From contig DASWVC010000293.1 of assembly GCA_036401335.1 (NCBI GenBank), positions 419-64,418 on the forward strand: DNA of 64,000 nt, in the 5' to 3' direction. The notes under the pieces were generated by a model. That model saw only the letters and a program-made list of their open reading frames with translations, was not told the origin of the DNA and did not search any database. How positions within the stretch are numbered: the first letter of the stretch is position 1; every line of letters begins with the position of its first letter. The stretch is from Chthoniobacterales bacterium (lineage in GTDB: Bacteria; Verrucomicrobiota; Verrucomicrobiia; Chthoniobacterales; JAFAMB01). A program made the position numbers and the translations under genes. Shown in pieces: positions 34,078 to 44,510 of the stretch.

Positions 34078-35415
34078 ATGAACCGAGCACCCTCGACCGA
34101 CCGCACGAAAGCACCAACTCCCCTGCGGATTTATCTGGAAAATGGGACTCACGACATGCGGAACCTGGGTGACGCTGCCATGCTGACGGAGGCGTACCGG
34201 TGCATACGGGCCGAGTGGCCCGATGCAGACGTTTATGTGAGCACAGGCAACCCAGGCAGGCTTGAGCGTTACTGCCCCGGGGCCATTCCGGTTAACGTAA
34301 AGGGACGCCGTTCCTTGTCAGTCGCCTGGGCGCCCTGGCGTCGGTTGGAAACCCGAGCGCCCGGCCTCTCGTCTGCTCTCCGCCGTCTTCGTTTGAGGCA
34401 CCATAGTTTAGTCAACCGAATCTGGATTTACCTGATCTGCCGTTACCTGCGGCAATCCGCGGCGGACGTCGAGGCGTTCATAAGGTTTCTGCACAGCGTC
34501 GACGTTCTGTTTTACTCTGGGGGAGGCTATTTCAACGATGAATTCCGCGTCTTCATGCATGAGTTGGTGAGTGTCGGGGAGATCGTTCAGCGCCTCCATC
34601 GGCCGGTCGTTGCTTTTGGCCAGGGCATCGGGCCGCTTTCGACTGCCCTGGTTGCACGCCCGGTTGAAGGTCTGCTACGGGGAATGACGGCGGTCGGTGC
34701 CCGCGAAAACACCAGCTTGCAATGGGTTGAGTCTCGCCGCGTTTCGCCTACCTTGTGCAGGCTGACCGGCGACGATGCCCTGCTCGCCCCGGATCTGCCC
34801 TGGCCCCAAGCCATGGGGGACGCATTGGGAGTCAACGTGCGGCTTTCGCATTACAGCGGCGTTGAACTCAGCGGGCTGCGCTTTCTTAAGGTGGCGGTGG
34901 CCCGCTTTCTTGAGGAGATGCAACTGCGGAGGGCTCAACCGGTGCTAATCAAAGACACTGATTATGAGTCGACCCGGCAAGCTCTTGGCGAACTGCCCCT
35001 CGAAGACTGCCCGTTCGAGAATGCAGCAACGTTGCGCGCGATCTCCGCCTGTCGCGTGGTGCTGACGGGAAGTTACCATGCCGCGGTGTTTGCGTACGCG
35101 CTGGGGGTAACGGTGGTCGGCCTTGCCGCAAACCCGTATTACCGACAAAAGCTGGGCGGCGTCGCCGAAAGCTTTGGCACAACACCGCTGGTCTTTACTC
35201 CAACCGGGACGTCAAGCAACGATCGGGATGCGGCCGAGTTGCAAAGCCTGCTCCATTCTGCCTGGACGTCAGCTCCAGACAATCACGAGCCTTTATTGGA
35301 AGCACGCCGGGCACAGATCGCTGCGAATCGTAGCTTCAAACGAGAGGCTTTTGACCTCGTTAACGCAAAGGTAGAGGAACGCCGGCCAACTCCCGACACC
35401 GTTGCCGGTCGTTGA
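34078..35415 (+). CDS. polysaccharide pyruvyl transferase family protein (CsaB/WcaK-like)
   Basis: LRIYLENGTHDMRNLGDAAML, SGGGYFNDEF, GSYHAAVFAYALGVTVVGL. Paralog of 53526..54818. The start is either 34048 or 34078. Confidence 0.85.
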   Translation: MNRAPSTDRTKAPTPLRIYLENGTHDMRNLGDAAMLTEAYRCIRAEWPDADVYVSTGNPGRLERYCPGAIPVNVKGRRSLSVAWAPWRRLETRAPGLSSALRRLRLRHHSLVNRIWIYLICRYLRQSAADVEAFIRFLHSVDVLFYSGGGYFNDEFRVFMHELVSVGEIVQRLHRPVVAFGQGIGPLSTALVARPVEGLLRGMTAVGARENTSLQWVESRRVSPTLCRLTGDDALLAPDLPWPQAMGDALGVNVRLSHYSGVELSGLRFLKVAVARFLEEMQLRRAQPVLIKDTDYESTRQALGELPLEDCPFENAATLRAISACRVVLTGSYHAAVFAYALGVTVVGLAANPYYRQKLGGVAESFGTTPLVFTPTGTSSNDRDAAELQSLLHSAWTSAPDNHEPLLEARRAQIAANRSFKREAFDLVNAKVEERRPTPDTVAGR

Positions 35416-35558
35416 TGGGCACGATTCGCAGCGTTCCGTGCCGCTGGCAAGGTTAAGTTAAGCTCCCACAAAGCGTTTCTCCAAGCCGGTGGTCTAGTTC
35501 GATGGCGTGGGAACGAACCTTGGTAAGCGGGGGGTGGGTAAAGGTTGCAACGGGAAGG

Positions 35559-35678
35559 GTGCGCCCGCGTCTGCGGGCTGACGTTTATCTTTGGGTTGCT
35601 GGTTAAAATCGGCGACACGGCCGAACGCGCCATGCCTGCTTTCCGAGCGATGTCGTGACTGGTAGCTCGTCGCGTCAT
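35559..35678 (-). pseudogene. LacI-family regulator remnant (HTH only)
   Basis: MTRRATSHDIARKAGMARSAVSPILTSNPKINVSPQTR resembles the LacI/GalR HTH. The sequence that follows has no periplasmic-binding-protein-like domain. Confidence 0.45.
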
Positions 35679-35780
35679 GGGCTCCTATCGCAAGCTTAGG
35701 TAGGGCAGTCGCCATAGAAGTTGTTCCGGAAGGGGGCAACTTGGCCGGCGTGATTGGTTCTGCGCCACGGCAACTCAGCT

Positions 35781-37112
35781 TTACCCATTCTTTGAAGGCG
35801 GCCGCAAGGACTCCGGAATGTAGTCACCGTGAGCCGCGAGCAGTTCGTCCACCAACGCCCAGATCTGATCAAGGTCCAGTTCGGCCGCTGTGTGGGGATC
35901 GAGCATGGCGGCTTGATAGACAAGGTCGCGGTTGCCGGTCAGCAGCGCTTCCACCGTCAGCGCCTGCACGTTGATGTTGGTTTGCATAACGCTGGCCAAC
36001 TGCAATGGGATCGGTCCAATGCGCACCGGTTGCAATCCGTTGCGGTTAACCAGGCAGGGTACTTCCACACAACAGCCAGCCGGAAGATTCTCAATCAGCC
36101 CATGGTTGGCCACGTTGCTGTAAACCACCCGGGAAGTGTTCGTTTCCATGCTGTGGATGATTAACGACCCGTACTCAACGCTGCGCTCGATGGCGATTGG
36201 ATCCTCGGAAGCCTCAAACTGCGTGCGAAGCTGTTCCCACCTCGCGATTTGGGCCTCGCACCGGCGAGGGTACTCGTCCAAGGGAATGTTGTAGCGCTTG
36301 ATGAGGTCTTCCCGGCCCCGTTTGATGTACCAGGGGGCGTACTCGGAAAAGTGTTCACTCGATTCAGTGACGAAATAACCCAGCCGGCGGAACAGGTCGT
36401 AGCGGACCCGATTCCACTCAGGCACGCGTCCTTCCTCAATCACGCGTTGGATCTCCGGATAAAGATCCTGCCCGTCGCGCTCAAAGCGCAGGTAGAACGC
36501 CAGGTGATTGATGCCGGCGACCACATAATTGATCTCCTCAAGGGGCACGCCGATGTCCTCGGCCAACTCGCCCGCCGTGTGCTGGACGCTGTGGCACAGA
36601 CCGATCGTTCTAACCTTAGAGGCGCGGCTCAAGGCCCAGCAATTCATGGCCATGGGGTTGACGTAATTGAGGTGCACCACGTCCGGGCACAACCGTTCCA
36701 TGTCCCGGCACATGTCGAGCAACACCGGCACCGTACGCAACGCGCGCATGATGCCGCCGATGCCCAGGGTGTCGGCGATGGTCTGGCGCAGGCCGTAGCG
36801 CTTCGGCACCTCGAAATCAGTGACCGTGCAAGGTCGGTACCCGCCGACTTGAACCATGTTGATGGCGTAGGTAGCACCCGCAAAGGCCCGGGTTCGATCT
36901 GCCGTGGCCTCCACCCTGGCTGGTGCACCCAGGGTCCGGGCAATGCGTTGGGCCACGGCCTCGGAGGTCTTAAGCCGTTCCGGATCGATGTCGAACAAGC
37001 AAATGGTAGAGTCGGCCAGTTCCGGAAAGGAGAGGATGTCGCCGATCAGGTTCTTGGCAAAGACGGTGCTGCCCGCCCCGATGAAAGTGATTTTTCGTGG
37101 TGAAGTACTCAT
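35781..37112 (-). CDS. glycoside hydrolase family 4 (NAD/Mn-dependent alpha-glucosidase/alpha-galactosidase-like)
   Basis: KITFIGAGSTVFAKNLIGDIL, LNYVNPMAMNCW, GLCHSVQHT. The ATG at 37112 is preferred over the track start 37190. Confidence 0.9.
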   Translation of the reverse strand: MSTSPRKITFIGAGSTVFAKNLIGDILSFPELADSTICLFDIDPERLKTSEAVAQRIARTLGAPARVEATADRTRAFAGATYAINMVQVGGYRPCTVTDFEVPKRYGLRQTIADTLGIGGIMRALRTVPVLLDMCRDMERLCPDVVHLNYVNPMAMNCWALSRASKVRTIGLCHSVQHTAGELAEDIGVPLEEINYVVAGINHLAFYLRFERDGQDLYPEIQRVIEEGRVPEWNRVRYDLFRRLGYFVTESSEHFSEYAPWYIKRGREDLIKRYNIPLDEYPRRCEAQIARWEQLRTQFEASEDPIAIERSVEYGSLIIHSMETNTSRVVYSNVANHGLIENLPAGCCVEVPCLVNRNGLQPVRIGPIPLQLASVMQTNINVQALTVEALLTGNRDLVYQAAMLDPHTAAELDLDQIWALVDELLAAHGDYIPESLRPPSKNG

Positions 37113-37530
37113 GGGAAAGGTGGTTCCGGATGAGGGGCTTTGACGCGGCGAATCCCCGCCGGCAAGGTGATTGACCGGAAAATTCTTCACTCTCCGGTAA
37201 GCGCCGGGGCGATGAACGGCCGGCCGCAGGCCGCTTGGCTGGCGAGCAGATTATCGTGGCGTCGGCCGAAGCACGTGCCGGGGTTGTGGTGGCAGACACG
37301 GTGGGGATGGTCGGGGCCATTGGGGGGTACGGAAGGGGGGCCCGATCCGCACGAACCTCGCCACGCATTGGTTTTGACCCAACCGCAACGAGCATCACGC
37401 CTGCCGGTAACCCGTGTCAGCTTACCGGTACAACCCGCGCTGATCGGTTGTCAAACGCGTTTCCAGAACCTTCAAAAACCAGCTCTCAGGGCTTTTTTCC
37501 CGGTGGTCAGGTACTCTCCTGACCCCGGGA

Positions 37531-38601
37531 CTAACCCCAGCTTTGGGCGGTGCTCTCGACCGGGTTGCCACTCTGGACGGCTTCATCGATCAGGAGGCTC
37601 AGGTAGTGGTCTTGCGCGGCTTCTGCCACGCTGTAAAACGCCTGCCCGGTTTCCACGTAGCGGCCCATCGACTCCAGGCACGTGGCAATCGCGATTTCAT
37701 CGTCGGACAAGCGGCCCGGGACGAACGGGTTGCGGTACCACCACGCCCCCCCGGCCGTGTAGCCGGCGTGGTAGTAACCCTCCAGATTGCCCGCCTGCCC
37801 GGTATCCTGGCGCTCAAAGCCAACCCGCAGGGGCGTGCGGAAGTCGCTCAGGTACCGGGCCTCCAGGTTATTGATTTCGCCCCGCTCACCCCGCACCAGC
37901 AGGCGCCCTGACCGGATCCAGGAGAAGTACTGGTCGGCGGTGAAATCGAAGATCGCTAGCTTCTCGCCAAATTGAAAGGTCGCGATGACCTGCCGCGACT
38001 CGATCCGCCTGTCTTCGGCCGGCGGCCCCGAGCGCGTCGGACCCGCCGTGACTGGGGAGGTGAAGGCAAAAGCCCGGACCACGGCGTTTTCGCAGCCGAG
38101 GTCCAGGAACTTTCGGATCAACGACACGCCGTGGTACCCGTGCGCCACGGAAACCTGCACCTGGGAGATGGCGCCCAGGGTGCCCGCCCGCACAAAGGCC
38201 AGGCGGGCCGCATGCAAGGGTTGAAAGGCGTATTGCTCGGCCACTTGCACCCGGGCGGCGGCGGGCAAACGCTGCCACAGCGCATTGAGCCCGGCCAGAT
38301 CCGCGGCAGGCGGGGTCTCGGCCAGCACCGGCACGTTCTGGGCCGCCAGTTCAACCAGCAGCGGCCCTGAAACAGCCCACGGCACCGAGGTCACCAAAAA
38401 ATCCGGCCGTTCCTTGAGCAAGGCTTCGGGATCGTCAAAGACCGGCAGGTTCCAGTCCGCCTGAATCCGGGCACGGGTGGCGATGGTCTTGGCCACACAC
38501 CCGGCGATCCGGAAGCGTTCGGGCAGGGCACGAGCGACGCGAACGTAAAACTCCGCCCGCCAGCCTCCGCCGATCAGTCCAAACGTAACCGGTTTGCTCA
38601 T
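37531..38601 (-). CDS. Gfo/Idh/MocA family oxidoreductase
   Basis: N-terminus MSKPVTFGLIGGGWRAEFYVRVA (Rossmann). The ATG at 38601 is preceded by AAGGAGA. The track extension to 38790 is rejected. Confidence 0.85.
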   Translation of the reverse strand: MSKPVTFGLIGGGWRAEFYVRVARALPERFRIAGCVAKTIATRARIQADWNLPVFDDPEALLKERPDFLVTSVPWAVSGPLLVELAAQNVPVLAETPPAADLAGLNALWQRLPAAARVQVAEQYAFQPLHAARLAFVRAGTLGAISQVQVSVAHGYHGVSLIRKFLDLGCENAVVRAFAFTSPVTAGPTRSGPPAEDRRIESRQVIATFQFGEKLAIFDFTADQYFSWIRSGRLLVRGERGEINNLEARYLSDFRTPLRVGFERQDTGQAGNLEGYYHAGYTAGGAWWYRNPFVPGRLSDDEIAIATCLESMGRYVETGQAFYSVAEAAQDHYLSLLIDEAVQSGNPVESTAQSWG

Positions 38602-38728
38602 GCTGTCTCCTTCGGTCCAGCCTGCCGGAGTGGCCGACAAAAATGCTTCGAACCTCGCCAAAAAGATGCGTTGATCGCTGCCGCACCAGTTGGCAACAAA
38701 CAAGTTGGCGTTTGACGGTCGGCCACCC

Positions 38729-39679
38729 CTACCAAGACGGCTGCCCGGTCCGGCCGCGCATGAGGCTTGCCAGCTGTTCCGCCTTTTCAAACCCGAAAAA
38801 ACGCAGCATCAAGCGGTACTTCCAGGGGGATCTCGGACCTTCAAGGCGGACCAAGCCCTCCTTCTTCCGCTCTAGATAATACTGCTTCGCCATGCGCAAG
38901 TCGATGCCGGCAAGATCGCGCGCCATCTGAAAGCAGAGCTTGCCTGCGAGCCTGCGGTGGTGGTCGGTCAACTTGCCTTCTGCTTCAAGCCACGCCACCA
39001 ACTCGCGAACCAGTTCGGTGATGCCCAGAAGCATCGAGGTTTTGTCTTGATTACTCACCGTCGCTTGCGACCACATGCGCCAAATCGCCGCGGGCTCCCC
39101 AGCGATTCCGTAGCGCAGCCCAGCTTTGAAGGCTCTGACGTGCAGCTCTGAGTCCTGCAAACGTCGCCGTTCCTCACTCCAACCCCCAATCCGGGCAAGC
39201 GCGTCTCGACGCCACAAACAGGCACCCGTCTGGGGCATTTGCCAGTCCAGGTAAACCGCCCGCAGGTCGGCGTTGCGGGAGAGCGGCATGGTTTCGCGAC
39301 GCACGTAAACTCCGTTCTCCCAGTATTCCTTGATCGTTGCACTGCACAGCACGTCAAAGCAGGCCAGGTTCCCGCAGTCGTTTACCTGGCTTGCGATCTT
39401 GTTGGGGGCCAGGTAATCGTCAGCGTCAAGGTACTGAATCCAGCTTCCCGTGGCCAGCCGTAGAACCTCGTTGCGGGCCGCGTTCCCGCCCGATTTTGCA
39501 AGGCGGACAAGCCGGACGGCTTCCTGAAACCGAGCACAAATGGCCGGCGTGCAGTCGGTGGAACCATCGTCGACCACGATCACCTCCTTGTCGGGCCAAG
39601 TTTGGTCTAACGCCGATTGAATCGCGGTTGCGATCCATTGTTCACAGTTGTAGACGGGGATCCCGATGGTGACTCTCAA
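38729..39679 (-). CDS. family 2 glycosyltransferase
   Basis: MRVTIGIPVYNCEQWIATAIQSALDQTWPDKEVIVVDDGSTD...YLDADD. Paralog of 54892..55812. Confidence 0.9.
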   Translation of the reverse strand: MRVTIGIPVYNCEQWIATAIQSALDQTWPDKEVIVVDDGSTDCTPAICARFQEAVRLVRLAKSGGNAARNEVLRLATGSWIQYLDADDYLAPNKIASQVNDCGNLACFDVLCSATIKEYWENGVYVRRETMPLSRNADLRAVYLDWQMPQTGACLWRRDALARIGGWSEERRRLQDSELHVRAFKAGLRYGIAGEPAAIWRMWSQATVSNQDKTSMLLGITELVRELVAWLEAEGKLTDHHRRLAGKLCFQMARDLAGIDLRMAKQYYLERKKEGLVRLEGPRSPWKYRLMLRFFGFEKAEQLASLMRGRTGQPSW

Positions 39680-39892
39680 AGGCTCCTTACCTCCTCACGG
39701 TCGGGGTGAAACGGTGTTGTCCGGGCTTAAAACCAAATGAAGTTAGGCAGGGTTGTCCTGCGGGCGCAAGTCCCGGCCGACACCTTTCACGAATTATGCT
39801 GGCAGCGCGACCTTGAAGCACCGAACGTCGGGGAGGGCCGGAACGAGCGGTCGACGATCTCGCGCCCCTGACACACGCAATGGATTGTTCGT

Positions 39893-40687
39893 ATGAAACC
39901 GGCCAACCACAAGAATGGCAGCATCAAAATCAACCCCTTTCTATCCAGGTACGCGACCGAACTAAGGGCCTGGATAGGGAACACGCCGGTGCTGGGACCG
40001 GCAGCGCATGCGTTTGCCAAAACGGCTTTTGGCAGGTGGCTGCGCCGGGGTCTCAGCTACCTGACGTTTCGCCGATCGTCTTCCTTCTGGGAGCGACGCT
40101 ACGGGAAGGGCGGTAGCTCGGGAAGTGGTTCCTACGGTCGACTCGCAGCCTTCAAAGCGGAAATTCTCAATGATCTGGTCGCACGGCGGGCCATCCAATC
40201 GGTAGTCGAATTTGGCTGCGGGGACGGAGCCCAACTTGCCCGGGCGCAGTACCCGCGCTACGTCGGAATTGACGTCGCGCAGGGTGCGGTCGCGCTCTGC
40301 CGGGAACGCTTTGCCCATGACCCGACAAAGCAATTTTACCTCGCGAGCGAGCTGCCCGCCGATCTCGGATGCTTCGATCTCGCGCTCTCGCTGGATGTCA
40401 TCTATCACTTGGTTGAGGACGCCGTGTTTGATGCTTACATGCGTTCACTTTTCGCGCATGCCCAGAAGGCGGTGGTCATCTATTCAAGCAACAAGACGGA
40501 GCCGAGCGGGGTGCCGCACGTCCGGCACCGCCGATTTACAGACTGGGTCCAGCTGCACGCGCCGGAGTGGCGCAAGGTCGGGTACGTGGCCAACCGGTAC
40601 CCGTTTGAGCCCGCGCGATCATGGGAGACCTCCTTTGCAGATTTCTACATCTTCGAACGGGAAAGCGCGACAGTTAACCACGATTGA
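39893..40687 (+). CDS. class I SAM-dependent methyltransferase (glycan-cluster type)
   Basis: FWERRYGKGGSSGSGSYGRLAAFKAEILN, VVEFGCGDGAQL, LDVIYHL. Confidence 0.85.
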   Translation: MKPANHKNGSIKINPFLSRYATELRAWIGNTPVLGPAAHAFAKTAFGRWLRRGLSYLTFRRSSSFWERRYGKGGSSGSGSYGRLAAFKAEILNDLVARRAIQSVVEFGCGDGAQLARAQYPRYVGIDVAQGAVALCRERFAHDPTKQFYLASELPADLGCFDLALSLDVIYHLVEDAVFDAYMRSLFAHAQKAVVIYSSNKTEPSGVPHVRHRRFTDWVQLHAPEWRKVGYVANRYPFEPARSWETSFADFYIFERESATVNHD

Positions 40688-41016
40688 GCCGAGGCAGCCT
40701 TGGGCGGTACGGTTAGGGCACCCCCAGTGGATGACCACTTTTCAGGCGTTGGCTTCTGCAATGGAGCAAAAGAACGCGACCGCAGTTGCCACTTGCTGCG
40801 ATTTTGTCCTGAGAGAGGCATGCAGGAGAACGCCACGGGAGCCAGGCAAGGCCCGGCGGCGTCAGGAGCAGCGCTATTGGCGGAATGGGCAACGCCGGCC
40901 GTTATTAGCGAATCCGCGCGTAGAAATGTGGGCGCGAGGGTAGCCATGGCCGCTTCGAAGGCGAGCACGAGCGTTGATTTGTCGGGGCGAGGAAGAATGG
41001 CTCGAGGGAACTCAGG

Positions 41017-42444
41017 ATGGAGATTGAATTTCAGGGACTCACTGCGGCGGAACTCGGTTGCGCTTTTTTCGAGGGACGAACCGATCCTGTGGTGGCCCTC
41101 GACTTTTACCTGGAGCAGGCGAAAGCGTCCGGTAGTGTTTTCATCAGCCTCTGTGAAGGCCGGGCGCGCGTCGAAGCGGAGGCGTCGCGAGCGCGTTGGC
41201 GTGAGGGGTTGCCGCTGAGCGCCCTCGATGGAGTACCGATTGCGTGGAAGGATCTGTTCGACGTTCGAGGGACGGTCACCACAGCCGGCTCGGCCGTGCT
41301 CAAGCACCGCCCGATGCCGGTGGCAGACGCCGTGGTGGTGTCCCGTGCCACCCAGGCCGGCATGGTGTCCCTGGGAAAAACCAACCTGACGGAATTCGCC
41401 TATTCAGGCCTGGGCTTGAATCCCCATTTCGGAACCCCTGCAAATCCGCATGCAACCGGGGAAGCCAGGGTGCCAGGTGGATCTTCATCGGGCTCAGCGG
41501 TGGCGGTGGCCAGGGGTGCTGTGCCGCTGGCGGCGGGAACCGACACGGCCGGCTCCATCCGGGTGCCGGCCGCCTTCAATGGCCTCGTCGGGTATAAAAG
41601 CTCAACCCGTCGTTACCCCTTGAAAGGCGTGTTCCCGCTGGCTCCTACGCTCGACTCCGTGGGGCCGCTGACACGAAGCGTTCGCGATTGCTATTTATTG
41701 GACGCGATCTTTCGTGGCTGTCCCGAGCCGGAACCGCTCAGGCCGATGCCGTTGCGTGCGCAGCGTTTCATCATTGAACAGTCCGTCCTGGAAGATGCAC
41801 GGATTGAACGGGCTGTGCGGCAAAACCTTGAACAAGCTGCGGCTTTTTTGGCTGCGGCCGGTGCTTGCATCGAGTCCCGTCCCGTTCTTGCCATTCAAGG
41901 TACCATGGCGTTGATCGAACGGCATGGCTGGCTGGGGGCGCCGGAGGCTCTGGCGACCCATGAGAGCCTGCTCGCGAGCGACGAGGCCGACCGGTTGGAT
42001 GACCGGGTGAAAACGCGCTTGCTGAGCGCCCGCAACATGCCGGCCACCGACCTCGTCCATCTGCACTGGGGTCGTGAGAAATTGATTACACAGCTCGAGG
42101 AAGAACTCGACGGCGCCGTGTTGATCCTTCCCACGGTGGGGCACGTCGCGCCCCTGTTGCGGCCACTGGAGGAGGACCGGGACCGGTTTGCGGCGGTTAA
42201 CCTCGCCACCCTGCGTCTGACGATGCCCGGCAGTTTCCTGGACACGCCGGGCGTTGCCCTGCCGACCGGCGTGGATGCAGGTGGCCTCCCGACAAGCATG
42301 CTGTTGTCTCTACCTCAGGGAGAGGATGACCGGCTGCTCCGCCTGGCCGCGTCGGTTGAATTAACTTTGGCCAAGTCCGCCAGCGGCAAACCTGGGCAGA
42401 CGAACCTGCAATCATCGCCTTACGTTGTGAGACATTCTTTATGA
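41017..42444 (+). CDS. amidase-signature family amidase
   Basis: AS signature [14 protein letters not shown], plus [10 protein letters not shown] and [10 protein letters not shown]. The stop overlaps the next start (ATGA at 42441-42444). Confidence 0.9.
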   Translation: MEIEFQGLTAAELGCAFFEGRTDPVVALDFYLEQAKASGSVFISLCEGRARVEAEASRARWREGLPLSALDGVPIAWKDLFDVRGTVTTAGSAVLKHRPMPVADAVVVSRATQAGMVSLGKTNLTEFAYSGLGLNPHFGTPANPHATGEARVPGGSSSGSAVAVARGAVPLAAGTDTAGSIRVPAAFNGLVGYKSSTRRYPLKGVFPLAPTLDSVGPLTRSVRDCYLLDAIFRGCPEPEPLRPMPLRAQRFIIEQSVLEDARIERAVRQNLEQAAAFLAAAGACIESRPVLAIQGTMALIERHGWLGAPEALATHESLLASDEADRLDDRVKTRLLSARNMPATDLVHLHWGREKLITQLEEELDGAVLILPTVGHVAPLLRPLEEDRDRFAAVNLATLRLTMPGSFLDTPGVALPTGVDAGGLPTSMLLSLPQGEDDRLLRLAASVELTLAKSASGKPGQTNLQSSPYVVRHSL

Positions 42445-43319
42445 GCAAAGAAATATTGTGTGCATTTGGCGTCGACGTCGACGCTGTGGCCGGATGGCTT
42501 GGGTCTTATGCCGGCGAGGATTCACCTGACGACATCTCGCGCGGTTTGTTCGCGGGGGAAGTGGGTTCCCCCCGGCTGCTTAAGCTGTTTGAGAAATTCG
42601 GCCTGCGCACCACCTGGTTTATCCCGGGCCACTCCGCCGAAACGTTCCCGGAGCAGATGAAGGCAGTGGCGGAAGCGGGCCATGAGATCGGTGTTCATGG
42701 GTACAGCCATGAGAACCCGATTGCGATGACCCCGGAACAGGAGGAGGCGATCCTGGACAAATGCATTGATCTGCTGACCGGGCTGTCGGGCAGCCGCCCG
42801 ACCGGCTACGTGGCACCGTGGTGGGAATTCAGTCCGGTGACCAATGAGCTCTTACTGAAAAAGGGGATCAAGTACGACCACAGCCTGATGCACAAAGATT
42901 TTCACCCCTACTATGTGCGCGTCGGGGATACCTGGACGAAGATTGACTACAGCAAGCATCCGGATGCCTGGATGAAGCCGCTTGTCCGCGGGCATGAAAC
43001 CGACCTCATCGAGATCCCGGCGAGCTGGTACCTGGATGATCTGCCGCCGATGATGTTCATCAAAAAAGCGCCTAACAGCCATGGGTTCGTGAATCCGCGG
43101 CACCTGGAAGAGATGTGGCGTGACCAGTTCGACTGGGTTTATCGGGAACACGATTACGCGGTGTTTGGAATCACGATTCACCCCGACGTGTCGGGGCGTC
43201 CTCAGGTCCTGTTGATGCTGGAACGTTTGATCGAACACATCCAACGTCATCCCGGAACGCGCTTCCTGACGTTTAACGACATTGCAGATGATTTCAGCCG
43301 GCGGTTTCCCCGGAGTTAA
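42441..43319 (+). CDS. polysaccharide deacetylase (CE4) fold metallohydrolase, possibly imidase/PuuE-like
   Basis: [33 protein letters not shown] (metal-binding His pair context). 292 aa with no signal peptide. Confidence 0.85.
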   Translation: MSKEILCAFGVDVDAVAGWLGSYAGEDSPDDISRGLFAGEVGSPRLLKLFEKFGLRTTWFIPGHSAETFPEQMKAVAEAGHEIGVHGYSHENPIAMTPEQEEAILDKCIDLLTGLSGSRPTGYVAPWWEFSPVTNELLLKKGIKYDHSLMHKDFHPYYVRVGDTWTKIDYSKHPDAWMKPLVRGHETDLIEIPASWYLDDLPPMMFIKKAPNSHGFVNPRHLEEMWRDQFDWVYREHDYAVFGITIHPDVSGRPQVLLMLERLIEHIQRHPGTRFLTFNDIADDFSRRFPRS

Positions 43320-43444
43320 ATTCCTCCTGCGAACAAAAAAAACAAAGCACTCCGTGCGGGCCAAACCGAAAGGCGTGAGGCCGTCCACCCACAAGGTGCC
43401 TCCTGACCTGCCTGGCCCTGCTACACGAATTACCCTGATCATGT

Positions 43445-44197
43445 ATGAATGAAGCGCTTCGAAACCGGCGTGCGGTGATCACCGGAGCGGCCAGCGGCAT
43501 CGGTGCGGCCATCGCGGCGGCGTTCGCGCGCGAGGGCGCGGACCTGGTGTTGGCTGACCTGGACCTCAACCGCCTTGGCCCCGTTGCGGCGGGGTGCGAA
43601 CGGGCAGGAGCCAAGGTGCGGCAGGTTCAGGCCGACGTCGGTTCGGTCGAGGGGGTTGCGCGAACGATGGCGGCGGCGTTTGCGGATCAGGGTGGGCCGG
43701 ACGTTCTGGTTAACAACGCAGGGATGTTGACGCAGGGCCGGTGTGTTGATCTCACCGTCGAAATGTGGGACGACATGCTTCGGGTGGACCTGCGAAGCGT
43801 ATTTCTGTTTTCGAAGGCCGTCATTCCGTACATGACGGCCCGCCGTTGGGGCCGAATCATTAACATTGCTTCGCAGCTTGGCATCAAGGGTGGGGTTGAG
43901 CTCTGCCACTACGCGGCTGCAAAGGCCGGGGTGATCGGGTTTACCAAGTCGCTGGCGCTTGAGCTGGCCCCGGATAATGTTTTGGTAAATGCAATCGCCC
44001 CCGGACCAATCGAGACGCCGCTGGTTGCGGGGATCAGTTCAGATTGGAAACAGGCAAAGGCCCGGGAGTTGCCCCTCGGGCGGTTCGGGCTCGCCGCGGA
44101 AGTTGCGCCCACGGCCGTACTGCTGGCCTCCGATCCCGGAGGTAATTTGTACGTGGGCCAGACGCTTGGACCGAATTCCGGTGACGTGATGCCGTGA
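43445..44197 (+). CDS. SDR family oxidoreductase (FabG-like)
   Basis: VITGAASGIGAAIA, NNAG, YAAAKAG, PGPIETP. Confidence 0.9.
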   Translation: MNEALRNRRAVITGAASGIGAAIAAAFAREGADLVLADLDLNRLGPVAAGCERAGAKVRQVQADVGSVEGVARTMAAAFADQGGPDVLVNNAGMLTQGRCVDLTVEMWDDMLRVDLRSVFLFSKAVIPYMTARRWGRIINIASQLGIKGGVELCHYAAAKAGVIGFTKSLALELAPDNVLVNAIAPGPIETPLVAGISSDWKQAKARELPLGRFGLAAEVAPTAVLLASDPGGNLYVGQTLGPNSGDVMP

Positions 44198-44210
44198 GGA
44201 CATTTTAAAG

Positions 44211-44507
44211 ATGTGTGGTTTGTGCGGTCTGCTCGGCGGCGAATCATCCTGGACTGCTCCGGTTCGATCCACCTTGCCGGCGAGGCAGGAGCGCCTGGAG
44301 CGGGTTCGGCAGGTAAATCGGATCCTGCGTTATTACGGATTGAACCTCCGCGATTTCCAGGGCTCGGCCTACGTGCTGGCGAACCGGACCGGACGCTCCG
44401 AAATGGTTGGTGACCTTGGCGAGATCTGGCCGCTGGCCGAGAAAATGGCCGGAAGACCGCTGGACCCCTTTGACCCCGAGCTTCTTCAGATGCTGCAAGC
44501 CACTTAG
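44211..44507 (+). CDS. hypothetical small protein with N-terminal MCGLCG motif
   Basis: 98 aa, tightly packed between the SDR gene (13-nt gap) and the COG0523 gene (3-nt gap). No recognisable family. Confidence 0.55.
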   Translation: MCGLCGLLGGESSWTAPVRSTLPARQERLERVRQVNRILRYYGLNLRDFQGSAYVLANRTGRSEMVGDLGEIWPLAEKMAGRPLDPFDPELLQMLQAT

Positions 44508-44510
44508 ACC

